DNA of 64,000 bases, taken from the NCBI GenBank assembly GCA_964637135.1, contig CAZWTX010000010.1, positions 1 to 64,000 of the forward strand, given 5' to 3'. Each line of letters begins with the position of its first letter. The stretch's first letter is position 1. The notes under the pieces are model-generated. The model saw nothing but the letters and a program-made list of their open reading frames with translations. It was not told the origin of the DNA and searched no databases. The DNA comes from an uncultured Methanospirillum sp. GTDB taxonomy: Archaea > Halobacteriota > Methanomicrobia > Methanomicrobiales > Methanospirillaceae. The position numbers were made by a program, and so were the translations under genes. Below are positions 21,601-30,714 of this stretch, one piece after another.

Positions 21601-22132
21601 TGTCGACGTTCTTGCTCATACCGTCGAAAACATAATTCAATTTCTTTGTAACTGCCCAGTTTCCTTTCCAGGTCCCAGAACTATCCTTTCCAAGGGTGAA
21701 GGTATCAACATTCAGGCTGCTTCCACCTTTACTGGAGAAGATGAACTCCACCCCGTCAATAAGAACACTTCGATAGCCCGTATTAAACGGAGCACTTGAC
21801 TGACCGCTGTATTTTATAGAGATTGGAGATACTTTGGGTGGCATCGCATCAAAGTTAATGTGCCCGTTAATAGAGGAGTACGGGATCTGATACAGATTTG
21901 TGTTTAAGACAAACTGGCTTGAGGTTTTCTGGGGTTCAGTCTGGATGACCATGAACCCTTCCTCTGGCATAAACATGGTGGGAAGTTTCGTCCCTCCCGG
22001 TGTTGAGATCGAATATTTTACCGGACCTCCAAGGTACGCGGTTACCGGTGATGTTCCTACCATGAGTAACAGGATTATACCTAAGAAAATTATCCCTGTT
22101 AGTCGCTCATTTGACCTTTTTAGTCCTGACAT
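18671..22132 (-). CDS. Large secreted protein, paralogue A; candidate pore-forming or surface protein
   Basis: Signal peptide; long near-identical blocks with 14827..18291 (YGNLSIPVGFVDG, EVTSEVELSK, GYNITSPPTSGPLAGM, QPWLLTYN, C-terminal LLSGMSF). Confidence 0.8.
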   Translation of the reverse strand: MSGLKRSNERLTGIIFLGIILLLMVGTSPVTAYLGGPVKYSISTPGGTKLPTMFMPEEGFMVIQTEPQKTSSQFVLNTNLYQIPYSSINGHINFDAMPPKVSPISIKYSGQSSAPFNTGYRSVLIDGVEFIFSSKGGSSLNVDTFTLGKDSSGTWKGNWAVTKKLNYVFDGMSKNVDNFRVFGSDDGVYLFGRFTNSAGSYVDISFIPLAELLGTEDQLTYQTVYQLKNNDSSRPGFNPVPDTELFDGLVTTHLDPDNPVFIWAGDSGQTVCTWYIGPNGYGQKTLIDKNSWTTLFRGKPRTVSFTEGCYAEDPFHTNNINAIACGDYENTKSSAIGTYSCDITSFGSNTWQKVVIGMPSGEFPLVMADNGFTVFPIVAPIVGSANSESCYLVGFTYDPDDKKYTDDFYQDGNFILTFWDGNLLIPNSTQGKFDTSTNFTAYGNLSIPVGFVDGVAPFSFNGFECDGVEVTSEVELSKSDTKTTETSGSSTAKASVSYGHEFLKKRVGVDAGYSYSIENKDGTETEFKQTTTDTFSRCSMGENHSYGYILYLSPNLITNAYNVADYEGNLPSDNPEILYLSKMDPSNPLTSHIQGYNITSPPTSGPLAGMMKSPYFDDFDDWSWASWSGGWGGRDWSQSPYAGSFTATSLGDHLEWSLGSQQTTEYEMTTTTSQTTTVENEIETSAKVLGFGASGSYTWEAENVVTNAVNQGISFHWSMKVADDDVCGYDTIRVEPILLTPIAGKPVPWVPPTYSAYQPWLLTYNLIEADPSEGCNLGASAIEQKIKTSVIPANAGTITLPKGGIAKGMTGQVQAIPADGYQFLHWEAYGLDLTDSASPVTNATVKSQLSTLRAIFGKSSSSLVDTAIIAVRNGSTGNQVKIQGTLPTGFNNHIIMHLKSPVEIRVGDLIFPFGPTVGDRTVISDHEIAFTTEDPTQGVSHLRIDRGSGKWWFMANQVQNLAGYGVKSNIVRMGIGGKNISVTDDVLMTGTESIDWSGADELVTNNVFSLQNATVRGTIRYLGDESGTSSLMLSGGKLNTGSVNATMPVKFSMNGVELALSGPSSVNGNQYTYSRTGPDLNATVSINNDTKGWNVELSGKKLSHRFWETGVPVSLQIGTAKASSVIHPARTIALKTPNLAHSSEETLLSGMSF

Positions 22133-22646
22133 GACTGAACTGACCTCCCATCCGTAAAAGAACCAGATCTCTTAAACTCGTAAATCGAACTGAATTTCCT
22201 GACCTATATGCCGCCGGTCTTCTGGCAATAATTTCAATGATTCCTCATATGGGAGAGAAATACACCATCTGCCAGGTGAGTCTCAGAGAACCCTTCTGTC
22301 GTGAGTATATATTAAGATCAATATAAAGATTATTATATTTTTTAAGGAATATTATTTCCTTGTCTTCTCTAATATCATAAAGATACTGATAACCGGTAAG
22401 ACACGAAATAAGGGTTTATCCAATTCTTCCCTATTCTCTCATACAACCTCTGATTAACCGGTGAAAAGACAATTCGCAATCTGTAGAGATATGTGAATAG
22501 TATCAACCTTTTTTCATATCCTATTCATCTCCGGGGTCTTCATCACAGGATCTTTCCCTGGACAACCAACATACTCGATTATAAAATTCCGGGATTGGAT
22601 ATTCAAAGCAGACCGATAACTCAGTTTCTGCCCCCCGGATATCCGA

Positions 22647-24164
22647 TTATTCATCCGCAAGCGACCTAAATGCAGAAGATATATTGTATTTTTCGAGAAT
22701 CCTGTCGTATCTGGTCTTCCCGTCCGGACCGGTTTCAGTGGAAATACGGTCGAGTGACCGCTGGAATGCATCAACCAGAGTCCGGGGAGTCTCCCGGTTA
22801 AATGCAAAATAATAGTCATTCGTCTTGAGGGTCCATACCGGCTCTATCATGTCCGGGTTCTCTGCGAACTGATCGATGAGGTACCGGCCGGGATCCTCGG
22901 CATATGCCCAGCCGTCGATGGTTCCGGCTTCGAGATCCGTTATCAGCGTTTTCGGATCGGTTGCATACTGGATATCCGTACATCCAAGACGCTCAAGATC
23001 AAGGGCAGCAATATCATCGGTAATCGCTCCGATTCTCAGTCCGGCGAGATCATCCGGACCGGATATATGTGAATCGGCAGCGGTCAGGGTGAAGATGACA
23101 TTTGGTTCGGTCAGAATCGGTCCGGCCCAGAGGAAGAGATCCTCCCGTTCAGGAGACCGTGCCATGGAGAAAATGGCGGTTCCGGATTGGTTCATCGTCC
23201 GGTGATATCCACTCTCCCATGAACCAAGAACCACCTGTTCGTCGGTCAGATTCTCATTCAGACTGGTATAAACCTCTCTGAGAATATCAACCGAAAGTCC
23301 CTCCACAGATCCATTCTTCTGGAAATTAAACGGATAATACTCTTCAGTATAATACTGCAAAGCCGGGAGTCCCGATGACTGGTTCCAGACACTTGCGACC
23401 TGTTCGTACCCGCTCAGTCCTCCGTCTTCAGGAATGACCATGAGTCGGTGTAATGCCGCTTCAAACGCCGTTACTATTTCATCCGGGGTATCCTTGTTGA
23501 ATCCATAATAGAGCGGGATTGAATCCATCCGGTAGACAATCCGGTACGATTCGGGCGTTGCGTTCATCAGAGTAATGAAATAATTCCCGGCGATATCTCC
23601 GGAAGTAAAGAGATCGATGGTCCCGTTATCAAGCAGCCGGATCAGTTCAAGCGGGTCCGGATCGGTGATGATGTTCTCCGGAGATACGCCAAGATCAATC
23701 AGCCGATCCACGGACACATCGGAGGTTACTGCCCCGATAGTGTAATCTGAAAGGTCATCTCCGGATGAGATAGTGATGTTATCTGACCGCCGTGAAAAGA
23801 GAACGATGTTGTATGAGGCAAACGGGCCAATCCACCGATACTGATCCTCCCGTGCCGGTGTTCTGGCGATGGAGAAGATAACCGAACCTGTCGTATTCCG
23901 GACCGTTGCAAGGCCTTCGTTCAGGGGGACGATATGTACCACTGATGCCGGAACTTCGGCTCCGGCCTCACGGGTTATCGCCGAGAGGAGATCGACTGCA
24001 AGTCCCCGGGAAATATTGTTTTCATGGAAATTGAACGGAGGAAATTCCTCGGTTAGGAACATCAAGCCGGAAAAAGAATCTGACACAGGCTCTGCTGTTC
24101 AGGGGGTGGTACCTGCCAGGATAAGCAGGAAGACAAAAAGGAACGGAGTAAGATGGAAGGTCAT
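22647..24164 (-). pseudogene. Tandem two-domain amino-acid (family 3) substrate-binding protein with an in-frame TGA after the signal peptide
   Basis: Two TEE(F/Y)(P/Y)PFNF..G..GL.VD..FS(I/M)AR(T/S)P.RED...W.GP domains. Upstream in-frame ATG 24164 gives MTFHLTPFLFVFLLILAGTTP-TGA(24099-24101)-TAEPVSDS. Confidence 0.75.
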
Positions 24165-24527
24165 AAGATGAACTACCACCGTCAGGGGATAAAGGTACCG
24201 TTTCTACCGGAAAGCAACAATTGTGACCTCACACGAACCGGAACAAACCGGTGATAAAAGGACATATGGTACCATACCCAATCCTCCTGCGCTCTGGTTT
24301 CCCGAAGCATACCTCTTCAGATGCAGTATGCATGAAATGTTCCGGGAAGATCGTATATTAGTATCAGACCGCAGAATATCGTCTGAATATGGCTATCCAG
24401 ACAAAAATGTCTGGATTTTTTCTCTTCCCTTCAGAACCGGGATAAAATACCGATGTACCGGAGATCAATTCGGAAACACTATAAGGAGAGGGGATCAAGT
24501 ATCGGTTTAAGTCCGTAGGGTGGGTGT

Positions 24528-24674
24528 ATGGACGTCAAACCGCTTTCAGTTTTGCAGGAAGAGGGATGGGTAGCCCTCGTGGAAAAACTTGGTCCGATAG
24601 ATGCCCTTCGTTTTATTCAGATATATGATACTGGTGGTGACCTCATTGAGGATGATCTCTTATCGCCTGGATGA
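24528..24674 (+). pseudogene. Short, probably truncated antitoxin-like ORF (48 aa)
   Basis: MDVKPLSVLQEEGWVALVEKLGPIDALRFIQIYDTGGD; resembles the small 'G..AL...LGP....RF...Y..G.GDYT' proteins that accompany PIN toxins, then diverges. Confidence 0.5.
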
Positions 24675-25022
24675 ATAGGAAATCTTCCCCGGTTGGAGAG
24701 AAGATCCTACCAGAAATATTGTCTTGATCTCTTATGTCACGGTAATTTAGGGGAAATCAGATTCAGAGAATAACTGGCCAGTTCATTACCGCTTAGGAGA
24801 GGATGGCGCTCAATGATCGATGATGGAGATTCATCACGAATACTTCCGATCCGGTAAATAATCGGATTACTAAGCCTCGTTTGGAACAATCATCTGATGT
24901 CGGATACAAATAGAACATATATCGTTGAGATTATCGTTTTCATCAGTCAACTGAAGTCAGGTGTACCCGTTATTCTGCCCCGTTGGAATTCAGTATTACT
25001 TCGTAATCTCTGTAATAAATGG

Positions 25023-26102
25023 TTAAAAGGGTTCAAATGTTCCATTGTGAACCTTTCTGAATCCGATCGGATAAACCGCCGTTCCGGTCTCATCAAATCT
25101 GACTTCACCGAGGGCACCGGAATAAGTTCGGTTCACATACCATTCATGGATTCCTTTCGGATCATCACCGCTGAGCGCGATTGCCATATTCAGGGTATTC
25201 AGGGCATCATACGCTTCCGCACCAAAAAATGTTGCATTCTCTCCATACGATTCAGAATACCTCTTGAAGAACGGATGAGTACGGTTCAGTTCGGGAGTCG
25301 TGTATATCAGACCTTCTGCTGCCGGAACATCGGCAAGGGATTTCCGCTCGATAACCCGGGTTCCTACCAGGGGAGCGGATATTCCCGCAGTTCTCAGGAG
25401 TTCTGCAACTCTTCCGCCTTCTGAAACGCTGAGTAGCATAATTACATCCGGATTACTCTCCCGGATTTCGGAGATATTCAGGGTTTCATTGACCTTATCC
25501 TGATTATATCTGCTATTTAGGACGATTTTTCCCGGGAGGAGATCGTTTAATGCCGTGAAATACATCCTGCTGTAGTCGTTCTCCCCGCCGACGATTGCTA
25601 TCCGGGAGAATTGATCCAGGTACGAGGCAAGGACAGGAGTCTCCTGAATAACCCCCGGAGTAAAAGTGATCAAACGATCAACCGGCTGACTCCGGTTAAT
25701 AGATGCACTTCCAAGGGCCAGTTGGACTTTCCCGGTTTCACTGGCATCCGGGTACACTACATTTGTCGTCCAGCTTGAGATCGTGATGACGACCGGAAGG
25801 TCCGGGTGGGTGGATTTCATCTTTTCCCAGGTAGAAGACGCGATATTTGCATCGCTTCCTGCGTCCATGATGATTTGCTCAATGGCAAAGTTAGGATTCT
25901 CCGGATGAACCAGGTTGAAGGCATTGATACACTCTGTACCTATATCTGAAATAAACCCGCTCTGCATGACCAGGATCCCTACCGGGACTGACGTATTGTC
26001 TGAATCTATGACGGCCGGTTCATCCGGACTATCAGCATATGTCGTAATGGGGGGGATCATAACGATTAAAATGAGAAGAATGAGCGTCTGAATGCGAACC
26101 AT
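25023..26102 (-). CDS. ABC transporter substrate-binding protein, LivJ/branched-chain amino-acid-like fold
   Basis: Signal peptide, VGIL..SG, NPDVI, AEAYDAL, YSGALGEVRFDETG. Confidence 0.8.
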   Translation of the reverse strand: MVRIQTLILLILIVMIPPITTYADSPDEPAVIDSDNTSVPVGILVMQSGFISDIGTECINAFNLVHPENPNFAIEQIIMDAGSDANIASSTWEKMKSTHPDLPVVITISSWTTNVVYPDASETGKVQLALGSASINRSQPVDRLITFTPGVIQETPVLASYLDQFSRIAIVGGENDYSRMYFTALNDLLPGKIVLNSRYNQDKVNETLNISEIRESNPDVIMLLSVSEGGRVAELLRTAGISAPLVGTRVIERKSLADVPAAEGLIYTTPELNRTHPFFKRYSESYGENATFFGAEAYDALNTLNMAIALSGDDPKGIHEWYVNRTYSGALGEVRFDETGTAVYPIGFRKVHNGTFEPF

Positions 26103-26227
26103 ATCTAGTAAGGTTGGGATGAACCGGAATAATATGTGTGATCAGGATACCGGTACACCTGAAAACAGGAGTAATACCTCCTCATGCAAAGAAGAATCGT
26201 TAACAGATCCGGTACCCGAATACCAAT

Positions 26228-26725
26228 ATGGACTCTGAATCCCCTGAATGCTGTCCCCGGTTTGATCCAAAACCCTGGGATGAGAAATCCTTCGCATGGA
26301 AGGAAAAACGGTTCATCAAGGACCGGGTCATCACCTTCTTCTATATCCCCCTTACTTTTGGTTCAGTAATTCAGCGGATGACTGCCAAAGTGGAGGCAGC
26401 CGGGGGAGAAATCCCTGACTGGATGTGTCTCTCTGACCATACCTCCCGGTGGAAGATGGATCTCTACCTCGCCGTCGACCGCGAGATACCCGGGGCAGAA
26501 AATGTGACGCTCTCTGGTTCATTTATCAGCAGGGTCTACGAGGGCGATTTCAGAGAGACCGGCACCTGGGGAGACGATTTTCGGAAATTTGCTGAACGCA
26601 TCGGTTTTCTGGTAAATAAGCTCTACATGTGGTACACGACCTGCCCGAAATGTGCCCGGAAATACGGAAAAAATTACGTTGTCTTCATTGCCGAGGGAAC
26701 AGGACCTTCTCCGGGTGATTCCTGA
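26228..26725 (+). CDS. Conserved Cys-containing protein (GyrI-like/'hydrolase' family)
   Basis: ECCPRFDPKPWD, LSG.F.SRVYEG, WYTTCPKCARKYGKNYVV. Confidence 0.65.
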   Translation: MDSESPECCPRFDPKPWDEKSFAWKEKRFIKDRVITFFYIPLTFGSVIQRMTAKVEAAGGEIPDWMCLSDHTSRWKMDLYLAVDREIPGAENVTLSGSFISRVYEGDFRETGTWGDDFRKFAERIGFLVNKLYMWYTTCPKCARKYGKNYVVFIAEGTGPSPGDS

Positions 26726-26841
26726 CCGGGGCCATCTCCCCGGTCCCGGGTCACGTTCTCCAGGTACCGGGTGTGCATCCGGTACTCATTCCTCAAGTTT
26801 TTTATGTTCTCCCTTCGGGGTATTATTCTGGGAGTGTTTGA

Positions 26842-27732
26842 ATGAAGTGTGTGTGTTTTGGGATCCTGCTTATCTGCATGATCCTCTGTGGTTCGGCTGC
26901 AGCAGCCGATGAATCGAATGAAACAGCCTTGGCTGATGGAGTCGAAACGGTCGAAGAGATTGAGGAGATCATCGTGGTAAACACGACGCTCCTGACCCCT
27001 GATGCATCGGCTGCCTTCGGATCCATCGATCGGAAGATCATGATGGTCGCCGAAGAGGCTTTTGATTACCTTCTCAGGGGAAACGAGACCGCCAAAGAAG
27101 ATTTCCTGGCTGAATATGCCACTATTGCTGATGATCTCGCAGCTTTTGAAGCCCTTATCGATACAGGTGATGAACGCTATGCTGACCTGAAGGTGGAGTA
27201 TGACACTCTCGTCGGAGTGGTGGACGGCATGGGTACCGCCGCAGAGACGATGTTTGCCAGTTACGAAGCAGAAGGAATCGTCCCTGAAGAACAGATTGCT
27301 GCCTTCGATAAACAGGTGTATACTGCCACCAATAGCATGGAAGCAATCTGGCAGCTCAATCATGCAACCCGTACAGGACCACGGACGCTTGATGCAACGA
27401 GAAAAATGCTCATCTCCACTCTGCTTGAAGCAATCGTGGAGAGTTATGCCTACCCGATCACCGGTGATGTGGAGACCGAGAAAGAAGAGGCCCTTGCCCT
27501 GTTTGCAGAGTTCGATACCGACGTTGCAGAGGCCGGTGAATTGTACCCGGATGTCTCCTTTGAAGACCTGAAATCAGTCAAAGCAGACCTGATGGCCGCG
27601 GCAGAGGCGATGTTTGCCGGTTACGAGGCAGAAGGATCCGTCACCGCAGAGGAGGCAGACGCCTTCGAAGATGCGGTTGAGACCTTTACTGCCGTCTTTA
27701 TCACTATGGAAGAAGAACAGGGAGAGATCTGA
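26842..27732 (+). CDS. Secreted acidic all-helical protein with an internal duplication
   Basis: Signal peptide; repeats AAETMFASYEAEG..AAFD and AAEAMFAGYEAEG..DAFE. Confidence 0.8.
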   Translation: MKCVCFGILLICMILCGSAAAADESNETALADGVETVEEIEEIIVVNTTLLTPDASAAFGSIDRKIMMVAEEAFDYLLRGNETAKEDFLAEYATIADDLAAFEALIDTGDERYADLKVEYDTLVGVVDGMGTAAETMFASYEAEGIVPEEQIAAFDKQVYTATNSMEAIWQLNHATRTGPRTLDATRKMLISTLLEAIVESYAYPITGDVETEKEEALALFAEFDTDVAEAGELYPDVSFEDLKSVKADLMAAAEAMFAGYEAEGSVTAEEADAFEDAVETFTAVFITMEEEQGEI

Positions 27733-28239
27733 CATCGCCTTCCGACCGGTGATAACCGGTTCTCCTTTTTTATTCTTCGATTTTGCTTAACGGATCATCT
27801 TCATGGTGGTGACTCTTTTACGGTTATCCGCATCCGGTTCCCATTTCAAAAAACGGCAGTACATTCGGACCAGAGTACCTGCCGGAAAAATTGATTCCAA
27901 TATTGTTCAAAAGAACAAGATCAAAAGATCTGTCCGGCTAAAAAGGGCCGGAAAACGGTATCTGTCAGCAGTTCTTCGGACTGTTGTAATTCTCACATTA
28001 TCCCGGGGATTCTGCCCTGCTGTCCCGTGAAATGCCAGCAAAACGATCCGGGTCGTCGAACAGGGGGGAAAGACGATTACCCCACCTGATCCGGTTGAAC
28101 GGGTGATCAATATCCCGATACCAGTTGCATCAATGGTGTCCATGACGAAATGGTGACCGGCTCATCGGTATGAATCCATTACCCACCGTATCCACTCACC
28201 AGGTTAAAAACCGGAGAATCCGTGATGAAAATGTGAGTA

Positions 28240-28449
28240 TTACGAACCGCACTGCTCCAATCCGGCATGGATATGAGTAGCATGAGGTTTCATATGCGCT
28301 CCAATGATCCGTTCATGATACAGGAGAATCGATTCTCCCGGTTTAACATACGGTACCATAGAACGCGGCATCTGGAATATTTCCCCCTGGTCAGTAACAA
28401 GAACCACCTGGTCTTCTGTGACCCTGTCAACGATTACTTTACGTACCAT
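28240..28449 (-). CDS. DUF3006-like small protein
   Basis: MVRKVIVDRVTEDQVVL..GE.FQMPRSMVP.VKPGE; ATG 28449 preceded by GGTGA. Confidence 0.55.
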   Translation of the reverse strand: MVRKVIVDRVTEDQVVLVTDQGEIFQMPRSMVPYVKPGESILLYHERIIGAHMKPHATHIHAGLEQCGS

Positions 28450-28755
28450 TTCACCCACCAGACCGGCCGCCCGACGGCCGACAAACCACGGATGAATCTT
28501 CTTCACGATCAATGATAAACCTGATGAAACGATCCTGCTTCTTTCTCTCCACCCGGTGAATAACTGCGCCCTCATCGATCGGAAAAGATAGAGGTATCCG
28601 GAGATTGATGAATAAATCCTGAATTTGCTCTTTAATAATGGGGATTAGTGCCCTCCCCCAGAGATATGCATTCTCTCGGAATAGTTTCATTTCCAAATAG
28701 TTCTGAGACATAATTATTAACCTGGGAAATGAACCTCTCCTTGTAGAAGGTTGTT

Positions 28756-29196
28756 ATGGATGAAGAGATGAGTGACCGGGCAGCAGAGATGATGATTCGA
28801 ATCCTTCTCTTCTACCGGGAGTTGTTCAAAAAAGGAAAACTCATGAAACTGACCGGCATCCAGGAAGCCGAATTCAGGCTTATCCACCGGTTGTACTATG
28901 AGTCTCCCATGTCCATGTCAACCCTGGGCGGGCAGCTCTACATCTCCCGGCCTCATATGACCACCCTGATAGACCGGCTCATCGAGAACGGGATGGTCGA
29001 ACGCCTTCCCGATCCCGATGACCGGCGGGTAATCAATGTTAACATCACCCAGAAAGGACGTGAAAGTCTCGAAGGGGCCTGTAAGGCACTGAAGAAATCA
29101 TTCAAATCTCAGGTATCAAGCCTCGAATTCTCTGATCTTGAGATTATTTGTTCTTCCGCTGAAAGGCTCCTCTCGGTCCTCTCCAGGCTCCCCTAA
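28756..29196 (+). CDS. MarR family transcriptional regulator
   Basis: MSTLG..LYISRPHMTTLIDRLIENGMVERLPDPDDRRVINVNITQKG. Confidence 0.92.
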   Translation: MDEEMSDRAAEMMIRILLFYRELFKKGKLMKLTGIQEAEFRLIHRLYYESPMSMSTLGGQLYISRPHMTTLIDRLIENGMVERLPDPDDRRVINVNITQKGRESLEGACKALKKSFKSQVSSLEFSDLEIICSSAERLLSVLSRLP

Positions 29197-29310
29197 CATG
29201 ACTACGCCAGATCAGCCTAGGCATGCCACTAGTAAAACCGGGCACCGGACTGATCCCGGGAGGGGGATATTTCTTCCTCCTGAACGCATTCTCAACGGAG
29301 CATTATATTC

Positions 29311-30693
29311 ATGATTCAATCCCCCAACACAGGCAGACCAGTCGGTACTGCAAACCAACCCTGCGGAGTTTCCTCCCGGAAACATCCCTGGACCCGAGAA
29401 ATCATTTGCATTCTCATCTCCGGCATTCTCCTTGCCGCCCTCACAGCAACACCGGTCCTCGCCGGAACCAAATATCTCTCTGGATCCCCGGAAATCGCGG
29501 TGAGTATCTGTGGAACGAACGAGTTCGCACCAGGCGCAACAGTTCCCCTCACCCTTCAGGTCCAGAACACCGGACTGAACAACATCAAGATCGTCCAGTC
29601 AAGTGTTGTTGAACGCGATGATATCCCAAGCACGGCAAAGATGGTTACCGTCGCCCTCAAATCCGGTGAATCACCGATCCTGGTTAAAACCGATCCCCAG
29701 ATGATCGGCGACATCCTTGCATCCCAGAGTGTTCCGGTAACGTTCGATATACGGGTACCAAATGACGCGAAGGCAGGAACCTACACCCTTCCGGTTGAGA
29801 TTGACTACACGTATCTCGCTGATGCTGAACAGGAAGGAACCGACAGCATCATCTACCGGTATAACTCCAAGAAACAGACGATCGACCTGCCGTTTATCGT
29901 GAAATCTGCCATTAACCTTGAGATAACGGACATAGATGCCGAAAACATCAATGCCGGAGGATCCGGATTCCTTACCCTCACCCTTGAGAACACCGGTTCA
30001 GATACCGGAAAAAACGCTATCGCAAATCTGAGCAGGAATGGAAACTCTCCGATCATCCCGGTCTCAAGCAGCGTGTATCTCGGCACCTTTGCCCCAGGCG
30101 AGAAAAAAGTGGCAAAGTTCAAGGTTTCCGTTAACAAGGATGCCGAACCCCAGGAGTACCCGATAAACCTGGTGATCACCTACGAGAATGCCGATGGTGA
30201 GACCTTAAGCACCCCGATGGAGAAGGTCGGGGTAACGGTGGGTGCAAAGATCAAGTTCACGGTCACGAGCGAACCTCCGACCATCAGCCCGGGACACAAG
30301 TCATTCATAGAAGTGACCTACCGCAACGACGGATCTGCCACGGCACACGGGGCAGAGGTCAGGCTGAGTGCCGTTGATCCGTTCTCCAGCAACGACGATC
30401 TCTCCTACCTCGGCGACATTCCCCCGGGCGAGAGCGCAATTGCACGATTTGGACTGAACGTGGAATCCGGAGCAGATCTGAAGACATATGGCCTTGATTC
30501 CGAGGTCAAGTACCGCGACGCCCTTGATGACACACAGGTATCAGACACCATCAAGGTACCGATCGAGGTCGTGAAAGCCGAAGGACTTCTCTCCATCCTC
30601 CTGCATCCTGTCGTCCTTGCCTTTCTGATCATCCTCCTCCTCGGTGGCGCCTACTTCTACTACGAAAACCGACGAAAACAGTCCTCCCGGTAA
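29311..30693 (+). CDS. COG1361-type S-layer-domain protein associated with the RND transporter
   Basis: Signal peptide, repeated Ig-like 'YLG...PGE' domains, C-terminal TM anchor. Confidence 0.8.
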   Translation: MIQSPNTGRPVGTANQPCGVSSRKHPWTREIICILISGILLAALTATPVLAGTKYLSGSPEIAVSICGTNEFAPGATVPLTLQVQNTGLNNIKIVQSSVVERDDIPSTAKMVTVALKSGESPILVKTDPQMIGDILASQSVPVTFDIRVPNDAKAGTYTLPVEIDYTYLADAEQEGTDSIIYRYNSKKQTIDLPFIVKSAINLEITDIDAENINAGGSGFLTLTLENTGSDTGKNAIANLSRNGNSPIIPVSSSVYLGTFAPGEKKVAKFKVSVNKDAEPQEYPINLVITYENADGETLSTPMEKVGVTVGAKIKFTVTSEPPTISPGHKSFIEVTYRNDGSATAHGAEVRLSAVDPFSSNDDLSYLGDIPPGESAIARFGLNVESGADLKTYGLDSEVKYRDALDDTQVSDTIKVPIEVVKAEGLLSILLHPVVLAFLIILLLGGAYFYYENRRKQSSR

Positions 30694-30714
30694 AACGTCA
30701 CAGAGAGATAGGAC

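Noticed and set aside
24099..24101. Selenocysteine at the in-frame TGA
   Set aside because: The position is in a signal-peptide junction rather than a redox motif, and I recognised no SECIS-like element.
27907..28143. 78-aa minus-strand ORF
   Set aside because: No family resemblance I can support.
28451..28711. 86-aa minus-strand ORF
   Set aside because: Overlaps the likely marR promoter and has no recognisable motif.
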